In this document: positions 25,101-40,902 of the stretch, one piece after another
How positions within the stretch are numbered: the first letter of the stretch is position 1
Layout of the letters: every line of letters starts with the position of its first letter
Assembly: GCA_021613535.1 (NCBI GenBank)
Contig: CP075493.1
Location: forward strand, 6,634,001 to 6,698,000
Direction: 5' to 3'
Origin: Adineta vaga
Taxonomy: Eukaryota > Animalia > Rotifera
DNA length: 64,000 nucleotides
Notes under the pieces: generated by a model
The model's input: the letters and a program-made list of their open reading frames with translations, nothing else
Databases searched by the model: none
Told to the model about the DNA's origin: nothing
Position numbers and translations under genes: made by a program

Positions 25101-28100
25101 GCTGAGTAGGGGAAAAGGTCACGAAGAAATGATTCATTACATTAAGATTTTCTGTAATGAGTTTTTAGTTGATAACTTTAAATGTTTCGCCTTCGGTCCT
25201 AACAAGTTTAGGAGAAATTTAAACCGACTTCTCTTTCTCGTTGACGGCAAATGATATTCTTCATTCGATTTTTGCTTTTCGTCTTATAAAATATTCGAAT
25301 AGATTATGTTTCGCGACGAAGTAACTGTCTGTTTTTACTACGCTAAAAAAAAGTCTATTTTATTTTGCACTATCGGTCAAATGTTTGAAAAAGAAGAAGA
25401 TCTGTATGAACTGAGAGATTTTTAAGGAGAAAGCGAGAGTATGAGCAAAATTGTTGGGAGGAGAAACTCCCCAAATGTTCTGCCTCTCAGTCGTAGGGCC
25501 TGTCAGGTATCGGTGATTGCAACAATTATCTAGATTTGCTTATAGACGAGCAAATGAATAATAGACATTCTAAAACAGCTATAACTTATTACATAAAAAT
25601 TCCTCTGTTTATAATTCATTGCTCACCTATTACAAATCATTAAATGGCGTCCTGTCTCGAACTGAGCATTTCTGATATGTTTGAGAAAGATACATAGGAT
25701 TGTTCTTATCTGATGCATTAAGAAAGAACTTAATATAAATCACTAAATTTGATTTTCATGTCTTCATTGCAGATCCTGGTGCAACAATGGTATCTGTTCC
25801 CGTTAACGATTTGATTTATTTATTATCTTTTATGCCAATTAATTCAGAAGACGATCCATCCATCAATCAAACTCCAGCAATTCGAAGTGAGTAGACTAGA
25901 AAGAAATTTAGATTAGTCAATACAATTGATAAACATTACTTTCAATAAGAAAACAAAGTATTTCGAAGATATTAAGAAAGTTGTGCTTTTGGAAGGATAA
26001 TATATATTATTCTTGTATGTCTCAAATGCCAGAATCTAATCAAATCGAAAGATAATCTTAAAACATACTAATATGGAAAAGTCTGACAGTTCATACAAAA
26101 CACGAAGTAGAGAATATTTAGAAACTTCCAAGAAATATTGGAAGGCATTATATAAGTGGATGGGCAACTAAATTCATATATATAATGTATGAACGTAAGA
26201 AAAACATCGAAAGGTAGACTGTTAGGAAATGTCAGAATATTCTAGAGACTGGCAATATGTATTAAAATTGGTATTTGATCTCAACCGTAATGATCTTATG
26301 TACTTCATATATGCGTCATACAAATATGTAGGGAAGTATCGAGCAAGATCCTAAGACTCTCAGTTTAGTCTCCGGCTCGACACATTTCTACTTGTATGCA
26401 TTGGGGCTTGTTAATCAGCTAGCTACAACAAATCTACAATGTCGCTGGTTAAACTCAATTCGATCCAATGCTTTTCAGTCAGATACAAAAATCAACTGGA
26501 AAAAGGAAATCGATGAAGTTTCAGACTGCTTTTTCTGTATATGGATATTATTAACTCAGTATTTAAATTCATCCTTGATGTATACATGAATAGCTTATTT
26601 CAAAAGCAGAATAAACACTCAATAGTTTTACATCGAAACCTATTCATTGCTATATTAATCTCTTATACTAAGAACTACTAAGTTTTATTTATTCAAAACT
26701 ATCGATTCGTAGAAGTATTTTGTATGAGGTCTAAGGCATTTTATGAAAGCAAATATTCTGTCAGATTATACTTTTAAAACTTACTTACATTATAAAAAAA
26801 CGAATGAGTTGTATAAAAAATTCCGATATGTATATAAAATCTACTTTACTGAACTTCAAAGTCAAACAAGATGCTAAAGTTTTTCTTCCAAGTTACTCTA
26901 AAATGCAAATGATGTTTATTTGACAACATCGGAAATCCATATTTCTACGATTTATTTGTTCTACACTCTCTTTTTAAGAGAAAAATTCTTCAAATCACTA
27001 AAATCTAATGAGAAATTTTCCGTAGAGCATATTTACTGGACACTTCCAAATGAGCTCCCATGTATTCTTTGACTTGTTAAATTAACAAAGATGAACAAAC
27101 AGCAGAGCAACGCAGATCTTTAAAAAACATACAAGAAGATGAAATAGAATGCTCTACATAAAAGATATATATGTATTTGCTAAAATATTCTTTCGTTTGT
27201 AGTTAAAATAATACAGTTGTCGTCTATATCTGCGATTTGTTCAGTCAAAGAACGATATGAAACTATCTAGGAACGAATACTTTTAATAGTATACTCTCAC
27301 ACTATTATAAATACGATTGACAGTTGAAATACTGACTATTCATTTATACAATTGATAAATAGTAAACAAAATAAGGAAAATTGTCTTACTCTGAATTGAT
27401 TAGTGACACTAATGAATCATTCAGCGAAGGATGTCGAGTTTATAAGGAAATAATATAAGAAATTCGTGTATTGAAGATTTTCATGTAAGAATTCGATACA
27501 TACAAAGAATAAGACTGCCATACAGAGACTTTCGAAGATATAGTATTGCACGTATTGATCGAAAGAGAATTAAGAAAAGGATACAACTTTGAAATTAGAG
27601 TCAATATATGTATTCGAATGCCATATTCCTAACTACTTGCTAAATATATTTCTGAGTTAAATATAAAAATTTTAATTTTTCAAGATGATCATTCAACACT
27701 CAACACTGCAACTATTCCGTGTAAGTTCTACTATCAAAAACTCAATTTCGTTTATCATGAAATTTAATTTACCTTTAGTGTCCGACTCCGTCGAAGTAAT
27801 GGTAGATGACACACCATATGGTATACAGCCAGCAATATGTGTAGGTAATGTAATCATCAGTCTCTTGTTACAGAATATATTGTAAATGAAAATTTTTACA
27901 ATGATGATAAGGAAACATGATAAGGTCAAATAAAATTACTTCGCCAAAGCTGTATTTTGTAGAAATATCCAAGGACACTTGATATATTTATACGATTTCT
28001 CCAACCAATTTCTCTTCACTCTATTCTTTGGTTGATTTTTGAGTCCCCTGCAGTTACTTTCCTTCTCTTTATATTTCTCAAATTATTCAGAAGTACAGTT

Positions 28101-29397
28101 TAAACATCGTTGAAGCAAATATACCCTACAGGAATTCTAAATGTTGAAAACAATCATCTTAATTACGGTCAATTTATAAATTTACACTTTTGTTTATAAA
28201 TAAAAGCAAAGCATCTTTTGCCTCCAGTAACTATCAATACAGATATACATCTGTAATTTACAAAATACCTTTATCATGTTATAGGTATTTTTTTCGTAAA
28301 AAACCCTGTAGGAAGAAGGACGAAAAATTGAATGTTCACTGACACTTCCGATAATGTAGTCAAATTGATTGACAGGTATATGAATTGAATCTTTCAATGA
28401 GTCTATTTGAGTTACCTTAAAAAATATACCTATTTGATGAATCATTATTTACATGATATATAAAAAAGCTTCTTCTGTTTTAGCAGACTTCACATTCAGT
28501 GAGACAGTGGTGCCTGTTCGAATGTAAAGATGTCAATAGCACTATCTCAATCTAAGCTCAATGTATTAACAAATTCGAACTCTTCCGTTCACTAATGCGG
28601 TTCATTTTATATATCGAAAGGTCTCTTGAATATGAAAATTCGAACAAAACTATACTTATGCATATATGATATTCTGTTTCTACTCTTGATAAGAAGTTTG
28701 AATAAAAATCAATGTTCATCTCATAAAGATTTTTGTCAAAACAATCATGGAAATATTGATAAAAACGCTTAAAGGATAATCTCGTACTATCATCATCCTA
28801 ATAGGAATTTTCATATGCAAGAGATTTTAATATTTTTTTTACCATACCTTTTTAATCTTGTTCGTTGTCTTTTGTGCCATTTTTGCTTCTTCTTGAATTC
28901 TTTCTTGTAAAGAAAACCTATTTATGTAAATAAACCAAACAATCATTTGAAATCACGAACTAAAAATATTGCTTGTGATCGTTAATGTGAATAATATTCA
29001 TTTGCACATTGATTATTCTATACCATTGAGATAGGAAGTAAGTCTAAACGAGTGAGTGATTTACCTCCATGCATCACTGGTTTTTCACTACACTATATAC
29101 ATGTGCTTTTTCCGATCGTGCTCAAATTGACTGGGGAATAGCTCACCTTACTGTGAAGCAAAATAGAACATACATACTGAATATCTATCATTAAGATAGT
29201 ATCAGTTATAAAGGCCCATAGACTGTGACATGATAGGAATGGTTCGATATATCATGAGTGATTTATCTCAGTTAATTCTTATAATTAGAAATCCTTGAAA
29301 TGTCACATTTACATTTTGCCAACTGAAAAATATTTTTCTAACGAAATTTACTATATATTCTATTTCATTAAAATTAAGAAAAAAATAGAAAGATTTA

Positions 29398-30720
29398 TCA
29401 TTGAAATAGTTTATTATGAATTTGTTGTGCTGTTCGATGTCCACTTTCAAAAGCACTATCAACACATCCAAGTGTTCCTCCATAATTCGCATGTTCACCA
29501 GCCCAATGTATTCGACCATCAAAACATTCTTTTGCTAATTCTTGTACAGTTTCAATTGTTGCGCCAATTGGAAAATTTGAATAAGATCCATAAGCAAATG
29601 GATCACAACCCCATCGAGTTATTAACCATTTAATAGGTTTGGGCATTTGTGGATAGATTATTTGAAGATATTCGATAATTTCGTCAATAATTACCTCATC
29701 CGTTTTTTGTTCTAATTCACGTGCTAACTTTGCAGCAACAAATAAAACTAAGATATGATCTTGTGGATGACATAAAAAAAGTTGAAAACGATTTGATGCA
29801 ATAAAAATACTGTCGAGTTTTTCATCCCAAAAAGTTACGGGAAATTGTAGAAAAACTTTATTCAATAAACCTACACCCATCTGATTGATAGCATTTTGTT
29901 TCCATTCTGGCAATGATGGAGTGAATCGTATTGTCTGTGCTTTTAGACAACCAAGTGGTACAGTAACTAAGACATATTTACTAAAATAATGACGATTATC
30001 TTGTGTAGATATGTGTATCAAATCATTTGTATTATCAGGAATGCTAATATCAGTAACGATAGCGTTTAATTCTACAGGAAGATCATTTCGTTCAACGATT
30101 CTTGTAATAAACGTACCCAATCCAATGGGTAGAGTAAGATCACATGTTTGAAGATCATGATCTGTTTTCAAATAGGATTTTGCAGATAGTTGATCAAGAT
30201 TTGAAGCTTCATAATGTTCAAGAAATGCAAGATTCATATCAACCACACGACGTATTTGTTGATTTGAGATCTTCTCATATCCATTTTGAATTGTATTGAA
30301 AATAGAAATATCTTCTTTATCGGATGGATATTGTTTGATAATTGTCAATAAGTCTTCAACGATTTGTTTTGCTTCAGTGAGTGTAGCTTCAGATAATGGT
30401 GTACCATCAATATCGAAAAAAGCAGTTTCAGTACCATGATGAAAATCATAATCGATCCGATCTTGATTCGAAGGAGTATGATGAATAGAAAGAGGATTTT
30501 CTGGACGGTAATGATGTATCCAACGTGCACCTAAATCAATAGGATCTTCAGCAACAAATGTAGTTGTGTCCGTATATGTGCGACCACCTACACGATTACG
30601 AGCTTCAACAATTAGATAGCGTGGAACAGGCTGAGACTTTTGAAATTCTAATGCAGCAGCAATACCAGCAGGTCCGCAACCAATAATAATAACATCATAA
30701 GAATGGTCAGATGATTTCAT
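29398..30720 (-). CDS. Flavin-containing amine oxidase (polyamine/monoamine oxidase family), intronless
   Basis: GCGPAG dinucleotide fold, EARNRVGGR, DLGARWIH, VTVPLG.LK, NKVFLQF..FW, TRW..DP...GSYS, WAGEH...G.V..A..SG; first ATG at 30720. Confidence 0.93.
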   Translation of the reverse strand: MKSSDHSYDVIIIGCGPAGIAAALEFQKSQPVPRYLIVEARNRVGGRTYTDTTTFVAEDPIDLGARWIHHYRPENPLSIHHTPSNQDRIDYDFHHGTETAFFDIDGTPLSEATLTEAKQIVEDLLTIIKQYPSDKEDISIFNTIQNGYEKISNQQIRRVVDMNLAFLEHYEASNLDQLSAKSYLKTDHDLQTCDLTLPIGLGTFITRIVERNDLPVELNAIVTDISIPDNTNDLIHISTQDNRHYFSKYVLVTVPLGCLKAQTIRFTPSLPEWKQNAINQMGVGLLNKVFLQFPVTFWDEKLDSIFIASNRFQLFLCHPQDHILVLFVAAKLARELEQKTDEVIIDEIIEYLQIIYPQMPKPIKWLITRWGCDPFAYGSYSNFPIGATIETVQELAKECFDGRIHWAGEHANYGGTLGCVDSAFESGHRTAQQIHNKLFQ

Positions 30721-31374
30721 TTCATCAATATTCAATATTATTTTAGGAATGAGATCAGAAGAAAACAGAACAGAATACTATTGGTAAACGGTGGAATTTT
30801 TTTCTCATACGCACTACCAAGTAGTAATAATAACAATGTAGAAGATTAATTTTCACGAAGTTTATATTGATGTCGCTATTATCAATGACTATAAGTTTTT
30901 CATCAAGAACGGTTTCAGTATAAATCCATCAAAGATTAATGTATGGTTGATTCCTTCTATTTTTCATTCAGTATTAACGATGTATAATGATTTATGAAAG
31001 TACTCTATTCTTTTTCTTTCGATGTTGATTGTCATCATTCTGCATTTAGATATAGATATATATATACACAAATATGAAAGATGATATATGTCTATTCTTA
31101 AAGAAACATCGATAAGTGAGCACGGAAAAAGCCAGTTCTTGTCACAGTAATTTTTGTTTTGCTTTTCTACTCTCTCTCTCTCTGTTGCAGTTATGATAAT
31201 AACATCCAGAAGTATTCGCCCATTTATATAAGCAACGATTTGTATATATTTTAACAAAACAGATATTGACGAGTAGTTATTTAACCAGCGTTAAATATTG
31301 ATTCGTACATTTGAAATAGTTCTCTCAATCTTATCGACGATCAAATGATTCTATTCTAATAAATATGATATTTC

Positions 31375-31641
31375 ATGTACACATCATCCTCATCAAATTC
31401 TATTAATTTTACAATAAATGATAGTAATTCTATGGACTTTGACTCTTCATCCTTTAATCGCTCGTCAAGTATTCTTCTAATTATTATTCTTTCTATTCTA
31501 TGTTTTTGTGGTGTTATATTTATGATCTTTGGTCCAATGATGCGTTCGGAAGCAATGAATCGTGTACATAATAGTTCCGTTGGTCACAATTCTGAACATG
31601 GCCATCAATTAATTGATGATATGGGACATGATGAATATTAA
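31375..31641 (+). CDS. Small single-pass membrane protein
   Basis: 88 aa; Ser/Asn-rich N-terminus with N-glycosylation sequons (NFT, NDS, NRS), one TM helix, His-rich tail. Confidence 0.5.
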   Translation: MYTSSSSNSINFTINDSNSMDFDSSSFNRSSSILLIIILSILCFCGVIFMIFGPMMRSEAMNRVHNSSVGHNSEHGHQLIDDMGHDEY

Positions 31642-31767
31642 CTACGAATAGTTTCTATTAAAATTAATGAGATTATTTTATTATTAGTAAAATATAGATA
31701 GAAAAAGTAAAGTCAAATATATATGTATTGCTTGATTATTGAGAAGACAAGAAATCAATTTATTATT

Positions 31768-32831
31768 TCAAGATTTTCCATTGAAATATGTTTCTAATGT
31801 CGGGATGATTTGTTTCTTTCGACTAATATTAGAAGCAAGATCGGCAATACCATCTTTAACATCAACTTTGAATGCTTCACGTATTACTTTATCTTCATTT
31901 TCACTTGGAATTAAAGTTAAATTCTTTTCTTTAAGAATGTCTACGATACAAAATAGAAAACCATTTAATTCAAGTTTCTTCTTTTCTTCAACCATTTCTT
32001 TAATCAACTCATCTTTTCGTTCAAGCATTCTATCGACATTACATGTTTCACCTGAGCCAACTCCCCATTTTTCATTTTTAAAATTAAATATTTTAAAATC
32101 CAGTAGAAGAATTTGATTTGTCGAAAATCCTGTTAAATCACTTTTAGCTTCGAACATTTTACCAGCATAAGCTTCTAAATCATCGATTTTAGCAATTGAA
32201 TGTAAATGCTCCACCGTTTTTCGATCATCATCAGTTGTCGTTGGTGAACTAAAAGCAAAACATTTACATTCTTAATTCATTAGATCATATCGATTCACTT
32301 ACCGAAAATGAAGTGTATCACTCAAGATAGCACTTACTAATAAGGTCGCTGTTTTTTGATCGATATCTAAATGATTTTCACGGAATATTTTTGTCAAAAT
32401 CGTTGCTGTACATCCAACAGGCTCGAAACGTAAGTAGACCGGTTCTGATGTTGCTAAATCACCAAGTTTATGATGATCAACAACATGTGTAACACGCATC
32501 TTTTTCAAATCCTTCATCGATTGCTGACCTAATATAAAAAGAGAAAAAAAAATCTTCTATTATCAATATTCTATTTCTATTTACTTTCATTATGATCTAC
32601 TAATGCAACTTGTGCACCTTCTGGAATATTATCAGGCAACATATCTGGTTGTTCTACGTCAGCTGTTTTAAGTACAAATTTTGTCTCATTATTAAGATCA
32701 CCAAGACGATAAGCTTTAGCATTGACATTCATACGACGAAGAAAATCAGCATAAACTAATGCTGCAGTAATTGCATCTGTATCTGGATTACGATGGCCAA
32801 CAACAATAACTTGATCTTTTTGATCTGCCAT
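31768..32831 (-). CDS. ppaC: Mn-dependent family II inorganic pyrophosphatase (DHH/DHHA2), 3 exons
   Basis: GHRNPDTDAI, LVDHNE|SQQS, VVDHH, EPVGCTATI, SAILSDTL.FR|SPTT, C-terminal SRKKQIIP; GT-AG introns at 32529-32584 and 32249-32302. Confidence 0.95.
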
Positions 32832-33066
32832 GCTTCTCTTTGTTCGACAAACCCGATATAATCTAAAAATTGATATAGGATTATATAGAAAATTAAAAAT
32901 ATCCAACCAATGTTATTTTCTCATGGTCAAACTAAAACATTGTCTATTTATTAGCAACGAATGATTCGGACATGCTCATCAGAGTTTAAAATACACAAAA
33001 GAAAAAGAACGAAGAGAATATCCAGGCTATATATCTGAATTTAGTTTCATTAATAATTTTTTTTCT

Positions 33067-35822
33067 CTAGCGTTGCACTAATTGTGTAAGAAGTGCATTA
33101 GTAGTATTAATGGCTGCAATCACTTGTTCCAGTAAACGATTTTGACGACGTTGTTCGGTAATCAATGTCGTGACATTTTCATTAAGTGTCGTTTCATTAT
33201 TCGATTCAGGTGTCAACGATGGTTTTGTTACAGTATTCGTACTAGTAAAGACAGGTTTCTTAGGAGCATATGTTGATATACCCGTTGGTTCAAACAGTTC
33301 ATTACTATCCGAATGTGTAGATTGTTTTAATGTATCAGAAGTTGATCGAAAAACTTGTGTAGTTAGAGACGAATCTAAATTAAATGATGAAAAAAGCAGA
33401 TTTTCTAAGAATAGTATCACTTACTATTCGGTGACACATTGTCGGATGTTACTTTTGGTGTTGGTATAGATACTTTCTGTGATTGTTGCTGTTGTTTTCT
33501 TACATTTAATACATGATCTATCAATGATTTTCCATTGCTAAGTAATTCGACAAGATAAATATTTTGATTCTTCTCTAGAATTTTCATTTCAAATCGTTCA
33601 GTTTCGAAATCTCGTAAAAGCATATAACGTTCGTCATCGGTTAATTTAATATTTGCTAATTTAATTTGTATACTTTGCCAAGGTATACTTTTCAAAACAT
33701 CTGGACATTCACTAAGACGATCAGTAGAAACAATATCTTCATTACCAAAATCCACAAAATATACAAGAACGTCATTATCTACAAAATCAATCTATTTTCC
33801 AAAGATATTCTTACAAAACACAACCTTCTTACTAGTCACTTTTTTAATCCATGCTCGATACCAAAGATCATCAACATCATATTGTGCACAAATAAGTGTA
33901 TCTGATTTTGGTTGACCTATTAATGGTTGTTTCTTTGCATTCCAATCCTTTAATACATTCATAATTGTCGGCAAACTATCACGCATTAATATAACATGAA
34001 AACATTCTGCTACTGTATCAACAGTTGTTAATTGAATATAGTGAGTTTCAGAAAGGTTGACTTCTGGTTGATTCGAATCAAAATTCATATTTAAATTTGA
34101 TTTCATCACAGTATTTGAAGAAATTAGAGCACGAATTTCATTATTTAGATTTCTTTCACCTAAATTCAATTGAACATACGGAATATTATTTTCTATACGT
34201 AACACAGTCATTTCAAGTTTAACATCAAGAACTAAAATAATCGAAATAAATATTCATCAAACGATATATTACTTTAAACTTACCAAGAATACGAAGGATA
34301 GCATTTGTTTGTTCTTCCGATAACTTTTCCTTCGACGATACACCATCTAATATACATTTCTCACACAAAACTGAGTCCTTATAGTATCTACAAAAGAAAA
34401 TAACTCATATGAGAATCGTTTTCATAAGAATTATTTTCATGTATACTCATTTGGTAATGGTCGAATTCCAAGAATTGAATCACACCATCCAGTATTACCC
34501 CTATTTTTTTTGAAAGAAATCTTTACAAAAATTTTCAAAGCAAGTTCTTTTACCAATCAATATATTGAACACGTACACGAGTATCATCAATTTCTATGAC
34601 ACGAGCTCGATACCAATCACTATTAAATTGTGCTGCACAAATTTGTCCAACGATTAACCTTTTTTGTTTTTAAATATGAAGAAAACTGAGTTCATTCAGT
34701 TTGTTTTTTTCAATAGAACTTATCTTTACTTTGTTCTATAAGAATTTGCTTGAACCTTTGCTAATTGTTCATGTTTATTCATTTGAGTGATAAGTAATGT
34801 TGCATTTACATAATCGTCTAATGTTGCTGCAAATACAACATTAGGGACTTCAAGATTGGATAAATAAACACTATGAGTTGTATTCTGATCAAATAGTTCA
34901 TGATCATGAATGTTGATTGAGTGATAAAGAGTGGACGTTCCTAAAGAAAATCTTTGATTTAAATCATTAAATATTCTTGTTCGAACCATTTTGGATTGGA
35001 CTTTTATTATATCCAATAATTTGTGACTGTTGCATAGATGTACCATTCCATGCTGGTTTAGGCGTATTGACTATATGATCGATTTCATTGGTACTTGGTC
35101 GTGAATTATGCTTAACATCGTTTTTGATTGTATATTACTGGGTGATTGTTCACTAGCAGCTGTTCGAAAAGCATTAGATCGTGATTGAGTTTCAGGTGAT
35201 GGAGTACCATTATTTTCAATTGAATTCATGTTTGTTGCTGACATAGTACGACTAAATTATTTAGATATGAAATTATATCCTATATTTTCAATATTATTAT
35301 TTACAATCCATTTTGTGGTCGATCAGAACTATTATTCCCAGACCGTAACTAAAACGATAAAGATCATAAATCAAAGCATGTAAAGTACATACAGCTAACT
35401 AATTACCATTGAATGACTAACACGTAATGTAAATGTCCCAATAACGTGATTATTCAACCGTTCAACGGCTTGATTACAACTTTCGGCATCAGTAAAATTG
35501 ACAAAACTAAATGGTTTTCATTGTCATCGAGCAAAAAAATAATTCATATATTACATACCCACATTCTCCTTCATAATTGTGATTAAATGGTAAAACTTTA
35601 GTAGAAAGAACTTGCCCACATTGTGAGAATAATTCGTTTAATTGTTCCTATATACACCGATGAAAATATCTTTTCATTGGGAAAATAAAAGTTTTACTGC
35701 AGTAAAATCGGTCGGTAGATTTTTTACTATTATACTATTAACACGTCTAAAATTTCAGATAAAAATCGATTCCTTCGTTGAAAAAAATCTTCATTTATTC
35801 ATTACTTATTAAAATCAGCCAT
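33067..35822 (-). CDS. RRM plus tandem Tudor domain protein (TDRD-like)
   Basis: N-terminal RRM (IIVKNLP...LFSQCG...FVNFTD) and two Tudor domains (CAAQF..DWYRAR...YIDWG; CAQY..DDLWYRA...FVDFGN). Confidence 0.85.
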
Positions 35823-36135
35823 AATCTATAAATAAAATTCGTCGAACAATTTTGTTTTTCTGAATTACCAAAATGGAGGCGCGTGGAGAGAAAAACTTAC
35901 TTTAAAGAAGCTCTGTATGATCATGTTATTGATTGGTCGATTTGATCAAACACTATGATTCATACAGAATTAGAAAAAAAAAACAACTTACAACGCATAC
36001 GTTATAGATTTATTTCTTTATTCGTTTCAGGGTGTTTGTCTGCTTGTTTAGAATAATATTAATGCCAGCTGGAACCTCCCTAGTCAAAATCTTGTCGTTA
36101 TAGATTTGAAAGTTGTCGTACAATAATTATTGACT

Positions 36136-37893
36136 ATGTCATTTTTTCATCGTTTATTTAAATTTCGAATCTTTGTATGTAATAAAATATTCGTCTTATA
36201 TTCTACTAACAATCTATTCAATTCTTCCAGAAATTTCGTGCAACTCTTAGTGAAGAACTCGATGATTTACATAGTGTAAGTTTTTTGTTTTTCCAAAATA
36301 TTTTCATTTCAATATCTTCTACAAATAATTATAGGAATTAAATCATCTTCAACAAAGTTTAATTCAATCACGACTATTGCGACGAAAATGGACGAAATGG
36401 TTTGCTATCTATGCGATTATCATCTATTTAGTGTCAAATATTTCTTATTATGTATTATTTCTTTCACAAGATTTCGTTAGTCGAGTCTATACCTTTACAG
36501 TGTCTATTGCCTTGGCTGTTTTGTATGTCTTTCTTTGTTGATAATTAAAATCAAACTTTTAACAAATAAATTTTTATATCAATAGATTATATAGTATGCA
36601 TTGGATTATTCGTTGGTATTTTCGAATGATGATTCAAGCGAAAGGTAAGAATAAAAATGAACAGTTATGTTATGTATTTTTGTATTTTAGAGGAAAAATT
36701 GGTATTGTTTAAAGATCGAAAACAAGAATTAGTAAGAAATATTTAATACACGGTAGACTTTTTTGCATTTTGACCTTTCATAGATCGAAGAAGTGAAGAA
36801 TAAAGAAACATATGCTGTAGCAAAGAATCTCTTGGAAAAATATGGTGAAACCATAACACCAGGAGTTCGATCACCAATCATCAATGGAAATAGTAAAGGT
36901 ATATGGATGCACAAACTTCTTTTTGCAACATGTATATATCTATCTGTATTCATTTTTATTCTAGATCTACATCAACGTACATCCATTAAGCCAGCATTAT
37001 CTGGCTTGGAAAAACCAGCCATTTCTAGTAAAATCAATTTTCTTTCTCAAGAAACTCATAATTGCCGAAGTTTTAGTTGTTTCACCAAGACCAGCAGCAT
37101 CGGAAAATGGTAATTATCAGATGCAAACACCAGTACGTGGTGGACCAACTCGTCTAGCAGGTAAATGAACATTTGAAATAATATTTGAGATAAACTGGAA
37201 TTATTTCGTTTTAGTTGGTGTCACACCTGGTAAATTACCAAGAGCAATTTTACCACCACAACGTACTTTTTGGGGTACTATTCTAGACACAATGGTAGGC
37301 GATGGACCATCGAAACGGTATATATGCAAATGGTTCATCTTATGAGATAGAAAAATTATTAATACAATTTTTATTTAGTTATGCATTAATCTGTCATTCA
37401 TGTAATAGTCACAATGGTTAGTTGTATTTTATGTATGAATTACTTAGAATCAATTTTCTTTTCTCTATCACTCTTTGATAGGCATGGCATTAGAAGAAGA
37501 ATTCGAATATTTATGTAAGTTTTTTTTTGTTAGATCTGTATGATATATTTGATTTTCAATTCTCTTTTTCTAGCATTCCGTTGTGCATATTGTAATTATC
37601 TCAATGGTGCTCGTAAACATAAACCAGTTTTCAATGGTAATCTCTCAAGTCCTCCTCCTCTTCCTCCTTCTTTTCCAGTAGAAAATCAATCTGTTGTTGA
37701 ACCTATGGAAATGTCTGCAACGGATTCTTCAGATTCAGCTGATCAAGCAAATGAATCACGAGTAACTCGTCGATCTATTCGTATTCCAGCAACAAACCAT
37801 TCAAGTAGTAATCATAATACAAATGGAAATAAACATACACTCTATCCAACTCTTTCCTCGTCTGAAGAAAGTTTATCAGATAAAAAGAAATAA
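36136..37893 (+). CDS. LNPK: Lunapark ER junction factor
   Basis: Two N-terminal TM segments, KETYAVAKNLLEKY, GDGPSKR|YALICHSCNSHN|GMALEEEFEY|FRCAYCNYLN zinc finger. Confidence 0.92.
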
Positions 37894-38122
37894 CACTCAA
37901 AACTTTTTCTCTCTTTTCTTTTGTTAATGATCTCAATAATAGTAAGAATTCATTCGATTCACCACATATGTATTTGATACTGGTGTTATTTTTTCTTCTT
38001 CTTTTGTCTTATGAAATAAAGCGAATACAATCTCTTGTCAGTTTTTTTTTATTTGTTTGTCTTGTCTATATGATGTTCTTATTTTATTGTAGATTTCTAG
38101 TACTGAGAAAAGAGAAAAAAAG

Positions 38123-40902
<2,780 letters not shown>

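Noticed and set aside
27685-28445. Short ORFs on both strands
   Set aside because: No motifs; unassignable decayed sequence.
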